A DNA stretch of 64,000 nt, from the IMG/VR virus record IMGVR_UViG_3300046777_002658, positions 1-64,000 of that record; one strand, given 5' to 3'. This DNA is from a virus. Below, one piece after another: positions 8,648 to 14,623 of the stretch. The notes beneath the pieces are model-generated. The model was not told the DNA's origin. It ran no database searches and saw only the letters and a list, made by a program, of their open reading frames with translations. Position 1 is the first letter of the stretch. Each line of letters begins with the position of its first letter. Made by a program: the position numbers and the translations under genes.

Positions 8648-9613
8648 ATGAAAAATAGCATCTTACAGGATTACGCAGATTTTGTGTGTAGAAGACAATC
8701 TGTGCTATTAAACAAAATCTACACCTCTCCTGACTATATAGACCCTGTTCTTGGGACTAACAAGTTTACAAACGTCCAAAGAATCTTTGACAGAGTATCT
8801 CAGTATGAACTCAAAGAAGTTTTATACTCTGGTAGCCAAAAGATAGAAGATTTAATTCTCAGAGTGTTTATCTTCAACCAGTTTAAAACTGAAGCTTTTT
8901 GGGAGTATTTAAAGTCTAGAGACTACTGCCCAGAGTTTAAAACCTTTAAGGCTGAGGAGTTTACAAAGCTAATAGCTGAATATAGTGGCAAAGATAAGCT
9001 ATTTACCTCTGCTTATGTTGTGCCAGGAAAGAGTGGAGAGAGTAAGGCTAAAACAATAGCAGAACGAGCTGGAGTTTTAACAAGAGTTTTATTTAGAACT
9101 GGTGGAATATCACAGAAAGGAGAGCAGTTACTTTCTGTCTTAAAAGAGATACCAGGCATTGGAGACTTTTTAGGTTCTCAAGTAGTATTTGACTTGCTGT
9201 GGCATGAAGCCTTTAAAGACTGGAAGCCTCTTTACATTTTAGGGGTAGGGGCAGTGCGCGGGGCTTTTAAGCTAAGTTTAATTCCTAACGCTAATAAAGT
9301 AACCCCTCAAGAAGCTGAATACGCCTTAAAGAAAGCTCTAGAGATAGTTCAAGAATCAGACTACCCTTACGTCACAGCTAACAACTTTAAGAATGTAGAG
9401 CTTTGCCCAGCAGATATTCAGAATACCTTTTGTGAGATTGACAAGCGGTTTAGACTAACTCATCCTGAGTTACAAGTATCAAAATCTAGCCCGACAAGAA
9501 TTAAAAATGTCTACAAACCTAGAGCAGCTATTGAGTACAAAGTTCCTGGTTGGTGGGTTGGTGCAGAAGGTATAATAGCGGTAGATAGAAAGGAAAATAA
9601 TGGAACAGCCTAG
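8648..9613 (+). CDS. 5-hmdU DNA kinase helical-domain / aGPT-Pplase1-family protein (thymidine hypermodification family)
   Basis: DPVLGTNKFTNVQRIFDRVSQY matches the family motif DP.L....F.NV.R..DR.S; HhH-like IPGIGDFLGSQVVFDL; ADIQNTFCEIDK near the C-terminus. Confidence 0.75.
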   Translation: MKNSILQDYADFVCRRQSVLLNKIYTSPDYIDPVLGTNKFTNVQRIFDRVSQYELKEVLYSGSQKIEDLILRVFIFNQFKTEAFWEYLKSRDYCPEFKTFKAEEFTKLIAEYSGKDKLFTSAYVVPGKSGESKAKTIAERAGVLTRVLFRTGGISQKGEQLLSVLKEIPGIGDFLGSQVVFDLLWHEAFKDWKPLYILGVGAVRGAFKLSLIPNANKVTPQEAEYALKKALEIVQESDYPYVTANNFKNVELCPADIQNTFCEIDKRFRLTHPELQVSKSSPTRIKNVYKPRAAIEYKVPGWWVGAEGIIAVDRKENNGTA

Positions 9614-10217
9614 TAATTCCCTCACTATACAAGAGACTATCCAAAACAAGGTAAGAGCCCTTATTAAACAAAGGGCAGATGATTTGTATACTTTGATAAG
9701 AGCTGATGCTCAGTGGTTAGAGAATAACAAAATTCAGCTAAAGTTCAATCTACCAATTGGAATTGTGAGACCAATAATTTCTGGTAGTGAGCAAAAGTGG
9801 TTTGGGGCTGAGGTGTATATTCTTTGTAGACCTGAGATGCACCCAAACCAAAATACAGTTACTGTGCAGCACAAAGATGGAACTGTGGGCTACTTTTGGG
9901 AGGAAGAGGTGTTGCTGACTCCAGACACAGAGGAGTTAGAAGTTGATAGCTACGAGGTGCTAGTTAACTTACACCACAAAGTAAACTTGCACTCTTTTAC
10001 ACTCCAAGAGAGGCTCAAGAAGTTAGCTGAACAAAATGCAACTGTAAGAAAGCACTGCTTGTCTCCTAACTTTTATAGTTTTAGTAACTGGTCTGACAGG
10101 TTTAAGTATATTTTAGACCAGCTTGTAGTACCAAATATTAAGGTGGTTGATAATGGGGAGATAGAGCTGCTCAAGCAGCTAAAACTAACAGAAGCTTTAG
10201 AGAAAACAGCAACGTAA
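9600..10217 (+). CDS. Hypothetical protein
   Basis: 205-aa ORF with AAGGA RBS overlapping the upstream gene. Confidence 0.7.
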   Translation: MEQPSNSLTIQETIQNKVRALIKQRADDLYTLIRADAQWLENNKIQLKFNLPIGIVRPIISGSEQKWFGAEVYILCRPEMHPNQNTVTVQHKDGTVGYFWEEEVLLTPDTEELEVDSYEVLVNLHHKVNLHSFTLQERLKKLAEQNATVRKHCLSPNFYSFSNWSDRFKYILDQLVVPNIKVVDNGEIELLKQLKLTEALEKTAT

Positions 10218-10294
10218 GAGACTGGCTACTAGTTTAAGGCTACTTCCCGCTCTAAGCGTTTGAACAAATCTATCGGATTGTTATTCACCGATAC

Positions 10295-10336
10295 TTTTTG
10301 CTAACTTATGTTAACAAATACATAAGTTAGCAAAAA
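10295..10336. terminator. Long hairpin with T and A tracts (bidirectional terminator-like)
   Basis: TTTTTGCTAACTTATGT-TAACAAAT-ACATAAGTTAGCAAAAA, 17-bp perfect stem. Confidence 0.6.
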
Positions 10337-10429
10337 AAGTATAGGCTATGACAGAACTTAGCCACAAAGACCGCCAGCACTGGTTAAACAACAGAACATA
10401 TTCAACAACAAAGCTTACTGGAGATTATA

Positions 10430-10591
10430 ATGGTTAACGAATTAAAGGAGATTCTATATTCAGTGCAGTTAGTTAGACAGCTTCTAAGTGGTAGTTGGTT
10501 TCTAGTAGCAGATTACAACAGAGATAAAGTTGTGTGGTATAGAAAACCACCGGAAGGCTATTATGTTCTAAAAGTAGAGGAATGGGTTTAG
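10430..10591 (+). CDS. Small hypothetical protein (53 aa, below track cutoff)
   Basis: GGAG RBS; MVNELKEILYSVQLVRQLLSGSWFLVADYNRDKVVWYRKPPEGYYVLKVEEWV; stop abuts the next ATG. Confidence 0.55.
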   Translation: MVNELKEILYSVQLVRQLLSGSWFLVADYNRDKVVWYRKPPEGYYVLKVEEWV

Positions 10592-10816
10592 ATGCGCAAG
10601 GGCAACCTTGAAACTATAGAGTTAGAGTGGTTTAACCCAAAAGAGGCAGCTCCTAAGCAACTGTCTTGGGTTTTAGTAAAAGATGATGATGACAACGTAT
10701 ATCTCTGCAAGTATATAGGGGACAGATACTACCCTGAAAGTGGAATATACATCAGAGACAACTGGGTAGCAAAAGAGTGGTCTTATTTCCCCTTTAAACA
10801 CAATAGTAGACCTTGA
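10592..10816 (+). CDS. DUF551-like small phage protein
   Basis: EWFNPKEAAPKQLSWVLV...VYLCKY...VAKEWSYFP follows the W.....P...VLV...W..P pattern. Confidence 0.5.
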   Translation: MRKGNLETIELEWFNPKEAAPKQLSWVLVKDDDDNVYLCKYIGDRYYPESGIYIRDNWVAKEWSYFPFKHNSRP

Positions 10817-10841
10817 ACAAAAGTAGCTTTTAAAGTATAAT
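10813..10841 (+). promoter_or_regulatory. Sigma70-type promoter ahead of the tRNA/ncRNA cluster
   Basis: TTGAAC, 17-nt spacer, TATAAT. Confidence 0.65.
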
Positions 10842-10931
10842 ACTGTTATGTAGTGCAAAACGTCTTGCAAAAGCAGAACAAATAGTCCGCTCAGAGTGTA
10901 TATGAGCCCAGTATGAAGGTAAGCTGGTAAG

Positions 10932-11030
10932 TAGTAGGTGGCGGATGGTTGACGCGCTTGTCTAGTGTTATTCAGAAATGAATGGTGCAGTGGCACAAGG
11001 AAAGTGGGGTTCGACTCCTCACCCTACTAA
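10932..11030 (+). tRNA. tRNA-His(GTG)-like gene with a 26-nt hairpin inserted in the anticodon loop
   Basis: Acceptor TAGTAGG/CCTACTA; D arm GCG..CGC; anticodon stem CTTGT/ACAAG; loop CT-[10964-10989]-GTG-GC; T loop TTCGACT. Confidence 0.6.
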
Positions 11031-11060
11031 TTGCCCTAAATGTCTCCTTGAAATGTTACT

Positions 11061-11096
11061 GTTTTAGATTAGCTGGGGGCAAAGCTAATCTAAAAC
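11061..11096. terminator. Perfect 14-bp hairpin
   Basis: GTTTTAGATTAGCT-GGGGGCAA-AGCTAATCTAAAAC. Confidence 0.55.
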
Positions 11097-11125
11097 CTTC
11101 TTAATCAAAAGTAAAACTGAGTTTT

Positions 11126-11326
11126 ATAAGCAAAACACAACCAATCATTAATACTGCATCCTTAGCCACCTCTTTGTACAGAGCTTACGGCGACTCTGCT
11201 GAGTGGAAAAACTTCCAGGGTAACAAAATGCCAGAGTGAGGAGAACTGCCAGATAATATCAAAAAGCATTAGACTGAGGTTGCTAATTACGTTAATGAAT
11301 TACTAGAACAACAAACAGTTTGTTAA
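11126..11326 (+). pseudogene. Small phage gene with three G-to-A-type lesions (ATA start, TGA, TAG)
   Basis: (M)SKTQPIINTASLATSLYRAYGDSAEWKNFQGNKMPE-TGA-GELPDNIKKH-TAG-TEVANYVNELLEQQTVC; both stops fall where Trp is expected in the MPEW..LP....W motif. Confidence 0.65.
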
Positions 11327-11346
11327 AGTTGTGATATACTGAGTTT

Positions 11347-11472
11347 AGTAGAGTGACTGAGAGGCTTAAAGTTGAATCCTAAACTAATAAAGGACTTGAC
11401 TTGCTAATGTGGATAAGTGACGCAAGACAGTCAATACTTATCGACTCGTGGGTTCTAATCCCACCTCTACTA
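11347..11472 (+). tRNA. tRNA-Ser(GCT)-like gene, 126 nt, with extra hairpin and long variable arm
   Basis: Acceptor AGTAGAG/CTCTACT; D arm ACT-GAGAGGCTTAA-AGT; TTGCTAA loop; variable stem GATAAGT/ACTTATC; T arm GTGGG-TTCTAAT-CCCAC; extended -10 TGATATACT just upstream. Confidence 0.55.
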
Positions 11473-11893
11473 ACCTTCTCGTTTTGCGAGAACCAGCACT
11501 GCACTGGAGTTGTGTGGCTTCATGCCAATAGCTGATGCAGACACAGACTGGTAAAGCTGTGAATGAAATAAAGCCTGGTAGTTTTCTCACCCTAGCCGCA
11601 TGACAGAACAACTAGGGGTTCACCGTTAGCATCTAAGGATGTAAGAGGAGACAAAGTTAGTATAGTTATCTTAACAACTGTAAAAGGCGTAACTCTAGGA
11701 ATAGTCTGGTTTCCTGTAGGCGAATCTCTCCTTGCACTACTCACAGTTAATAAAGCACTAGTAGCTGAGTTTGAGAAAGCTAGTGTATTAAAGAAGGGAA
11801 CTCAGAGGTTAAACCAATAATAAATCCGACCCGCCCAGTAACGAGGAAAGCAAAACAGGTACAGTTGTTTAGATAGTTCTACTAATAGAAAAT
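11473..11893 (+). ncRNA. Large multi-helix non-coding RNA, GOLLD-like
   Basis: No ORF. Helices: CCCTAG/CTAGGG (11590/11612), AACAACTGTA/TACAGTTGTT (11673/11860), GAGGAGA/TCTCCTT (11645/11727), GCACTAG/CTAGTGT (11755/11780), loop-crossing CTGAGTT/AACTCAG (11765/11799), CAGACT/AGTCTG (11544/11703). Lies inside a phage tRNA cluster. Confidence 0.6.
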
Positions 11894-11970
11894 GGAGAAT
11901 GTAACTCAATAGTAGAGTAGAAGCCTTTAAGAAATTAATTAAATCTGAGTTTAAATCTCAGCGTTCTCCA
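11894..11970 (+). tRNA. Degenerate tRNA-Lys-like gene with unpaired anticodon stem
   Basis: GAGAATG/CGTTCTC acceptor; ACTC/GAGT D stem; CTGAG-TTTAAAT-CTCAG T arm; CTTTAAG loop flanked by non-pairing strands. Confidence 0.5.
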
Positions 11971-11975
11971 CATTC

Positions 11976-12046
11976 GGGGGTGTCGTATAGAGGCATTATG
12001 TCCGATTGTCTATCAGAAGAAGGCGGATCGTTACCGCTCACCCTCG
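11976..12046 (+). tRNA. trnD: tRNA-Asp(GTC)
   Basis: GGGGGTG/CACCCTC acceptor, G73, loop TTGTCTA (GTC at 12008-12010) with one stem mismatch, T arm GGCGG-ATCGTTA-CCGCT. Confidence 0.7.
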
Positions 12047-12068
12047 TTCTAGTTTATCTAGAAGTTAT

Positions 12069-12128
12069 TCCTCTTTAGTTCAGTGGCAGAACGATCAGTC
12101 CTTGGTTCAAATCCAAGAGGGGGAGCCA
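12069..12128 (+). tRNA. 60-nt tRNA-Asn-like RNA lacking the whole anticodon arm, with encoded CCA
   Basis: TCCTCTT/AGGGGGA acceptor; GTTC-AGTGGCA-GAAC D arm; only GATCAGTC before the CTTGG-TTCAAAT-CCAAG T arm; ends G-CCA. Confidence 0.65.
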
Positions 12129-12202
12129 CCAAGCCTGGGCTAAAGGTAAGCCACCTCTTTTGGGAAGAGGATATCATGTAAGTTCGACTTCAGCGGCGTG
12201 GA
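12129..12202 (+). tRNA. trnP: tRNA-Pro(TGG) with distorted T arm
   Basis: CCAAGCC/GGCGTGG acceptor (one mismatch); GGCT/AGCC D stem; CCTCT-TTTGGGA-AGAGG anticodon arm; starts immediately after the preceding CCA. Confidence 0.7.
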
Positions 12203-12237
12203 CCTGTTAGAGAAAACTCAAACACCCTAAAACTACA

Positions 12238-14457
12238 CTAGAAGTAATCATCACTACTCCAGCTTCCACCATCATTTCTACTTGTACCCCAACCTTTATA
12301 AGCTGTCTTTATCTGGGAGGCTAACTCACGCCCAGCTCCTGCAAAAGCTATATCCAAATTAGGGTCACCAGGTAAAAGCTTTGCTTCTTTGCTTTCACTT
12401 CTTATAGCCGTACCCTGTATAGCCGAGCTTAAGTCGCTCATTAAATGCCAGGCTACCACTGCTACTGCATCACAGATATCTTTAGAATTATGAACAATGA
12501 TGCCGGCAGCTAAAGCAAAGTTATCCCACTCATCAACCTCTAGGTCATAAACAGGTACAGGGCTATCAAGAGTTACAGGAATAATACTTTTAACTTTGTA
12601 CTCTTTATTTGGCTTGACAGGCATTAAGCAAGTGATACCCGGTGCTATATCCTTTGCCTGTATATAGTTCCCTGTTCTAGTCATAAAAAGATGTTCAGGA
12701 GTACATCTAACAACAGCTTCTGTGTCTAGAACAACGTTTAGCAGGTGTGTGACCTCTTTAGTCTTTCTACCTTTAGCTCTACCAGGTACAATAGTCCCGT
12801 CAGGCTTACAACTATAAACCCAAACCTCTCGGTTTTGTAGTTCAGCAATTGTTGGTTGTGTACCATCAAGCAAGGGTATTCTGGTTTCCGCAGTAAAACA
12901 GCCGTCTTTGCGGTGGTCGATCTTTCTATTTTTTATTAGTTGAATACCAAACATCTCTTCTTTTAGCTTATTACTCCAAGGAGAATCTTTAGGCAGGACT
13001 AACCTGTTTTCATGAAGTAGCTTTCTAGCAAAGTCATAAATCTCTAACTGCTTAGTTTGTGAGAAAGTAATGATACTAGCGTTTAACCCTGTCATCTTCA
13101 AACGCTGGACAGTCTCAGGATTGTAATGGTCACTAGTAATCTTTGTTAAGGGTCTACTGCCATGAATTTGGTAAATAGCCTGGTAGACATTACTAATACC
13201 AACCTGCTGACCTATATCTGGTTCCCAAGCTAACAAGCCATCAATAACTGCAATCTTCTCCCCGCTTCTTACCTCTCTATGACCAAAAGCGATCGCAAAG
13301 GCATCCCTAACAAAAGCTGGGTCGAGGTGCATTACTGAGGATTGTGTAAACCTTCTGATATCCTTTAGTTCCAATCTTACAAGATTATCATCTGCTGGGG
13401 GCAACACGTTAACTCTCAAAACACTATTGCCAGTAAAAGCTCTTTCTACTTCCTGGTCATTAAAAAAAGAGTAAGCGCGGTTAAACCTAACTCCCTCAAA
13501 CTCTAGAGCAGCGTTTCTAGGGTCTAGATCATACTCACCCTGAATGATAGGATTGTCTCTACTAGCATGAACAGGGTTTAAGTCCCATGATCGTAATCTA
13601 TAACCTAACCAACCATTACTAGTTTTGGCTTTGTTATATAAAAACTGGATAGCGTCGCCCTCGCGCCAGGCAGAAGAGATGGCCACTTTTTTAGCATCAA
13701 CACCAAATGTTGTGCCAGAAATGCCTATGTTAGACCATAGCTCAATAGCCTTACTCTCACCGTCCTCTGTCCCGCCTTCATCAAATCTGGCTACCTCATC
13801 CATTACTAAGAGAATTACAGATGAACCAACTTGAGAAGCAGAGTTAGAGTTACCGCTGTAGATGTGGAGTAGCTTCTCTGGGTATTTAACCTCTTCCTCA
13901 CCAATTATCAACTTTTTCTGGTCTATCAGTCTTTTAAGGGGAGGAATATACTCTAATAATGCTCTAGCCTGCCCGAATATAGTCTTTTTTGTTTGTGTAG
14001 CACTTGTGGCTATACAGTAGATAGCAATAGGAGTAGAAGCAGCAATGTTGTACTTTTTTTGAGGGGACTTTAGCATACAGAGTTTATAAAACTCGTAAGC
14101 CACTATGACAGAAGCAGACCAACTTTTTCCAGCTCGTCTGCCAGCCTCCATACACAAAGACTGAAATGGGACACCAGCCTGGTAGAACTCAGGGTTTATG
14201 CTGGTTCTGTCTAACTCGTACCAAGCTTCAAGTAAAGCTATATCTTCTTCATCTAGCTCTAACCCATAAAAGGTTTTAAATAGTAGATACTGCCTGCGGT
14301 GTATTTCCGTGACACCCCAACCTTCTCTATCAATAACATTATCTACAAAGTCAACAATATCTTTAGCTACATCACTATGTCCTAGCTGATCATTTATAGA
14401 ATCAACTAAGCTACCGAAAAAGTCATCTACACTAAGTCCACTTCCTTTTAATGCCAT
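12238..14457 (-). CDS. terL: Terminase large subunit containing a mini-intein
   Basis: Walker A GRRAGKS, Walker B LLVMDE, nuclease MHLDPA..DAFAIA, C-terminal DH..DG/SKD..DAV split by the intein. Confidence 0.92.
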   Translation of the reverse strand: MALKGSGLSVDDFFGSLVDSINDQLGHSDVAKDIVDFVDNVIDREGWGVTEIHRRQYLLFKTFYGLELDEEDIALLEAWYELDRTSINPEFYQAGVPFQSLCMEAGRRAGKSWSASVIVAYEFYKLCMLKSPQKKYNIAASTPIAIYCIATSATQTKKTIFGQARALLEYIPPLKRLIDQKKLIIGEEEVKYPEKLLHIYSGNSNSASQVGSSVILLVMDEVARFDEGGTEDGESKAIELWSNIGISGTTFGVDAKKVAISSAWREGDAIQFLYNKAKTSNGWLGYRLRSWDLNPVHASRDNPIIQGEYDLDPRNAALEFEGVRFNRAYSFFNDQEVERAFTGNSVLRVNVLPPADDNLVRLELKDIRRFTQSSVMHLDPAFVRDAFAIAFGHREVRSGEKIAVIDGLLAWEPDIGQQVGISNVYQAIYQIHGSRPLTKITSDHYNPETVQRLKMTGLNASIITFSQTKQLEIYDFARKLLHENRLVLPKDSPWSNKLKEEMFGIQLIKNRKIDHRKDGCFTAETRIPLLDGTQPTIAELQNREVWVYSCKPDGTIVPGRAKGRKTKEVTHLLNVVLDTEAVVRCTPEHLFMTRTGNYIQAKDIAPGITCLMPVKPNKEYKVKSIIPVTLDSPVPVYDLEVDEWDNFALAAGIIVHNSKDICDAVAVVAWHLMSDLSSAIQGTAIRSESKEAKLLPGDPNLDIAFAGAGRELASQIKTAYKGWGTSRNDGGSWSSDDYF
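12487..12900 (-). mobile_element. 138-aa cis mini-intein (Hint domain, no homing endonuclease)
   Basis: Block A CFTAETRI; block B CTPEHLF; block F VYDLEV; block G IVHN followed by Ser+1. Confidence 0.93.
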
Positions 14458-14623
14458 TAGAAAAAACTAGCCCTACCGTCTAGTGATAAAAGTTGAATTA
14501 TTAGCAGCTTGTTGCTAATGATTAAATATATAAAAGTTATTAATAAATCAGTAAATAGCATAATTGTCTGTAGAGGACTATCACTACTAACTTAACCAGC
14601 TAGTATAGGCAATCAAAATAACC

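Noticed and set aside
10964-10989. Group I intron in a tRNA anticodon loop
   Set aside because: 26 nt is far too short for a ribozyme core and no P/Q/R/S elements are present.
6727-11272. Stop-codon reassignment or suppression explaining in-frame TAG/TGA at 6727, 8086, 11237 and 11270
   Set aside because: TAG ends intact essential genes (terL, MCP, chaperone G), long virion ORFs have no internal stops, and no CTA or TCA anticodon tRNA is present. Pseudogenisation is simpler.
11347-11893. tmRNA or RNase P RNA
   Set aside because: No G3-U70 Ala acceptor, no tag ORF ending in ALAA-like residues, and no GAGGAAAGTCC-type P4 motif.
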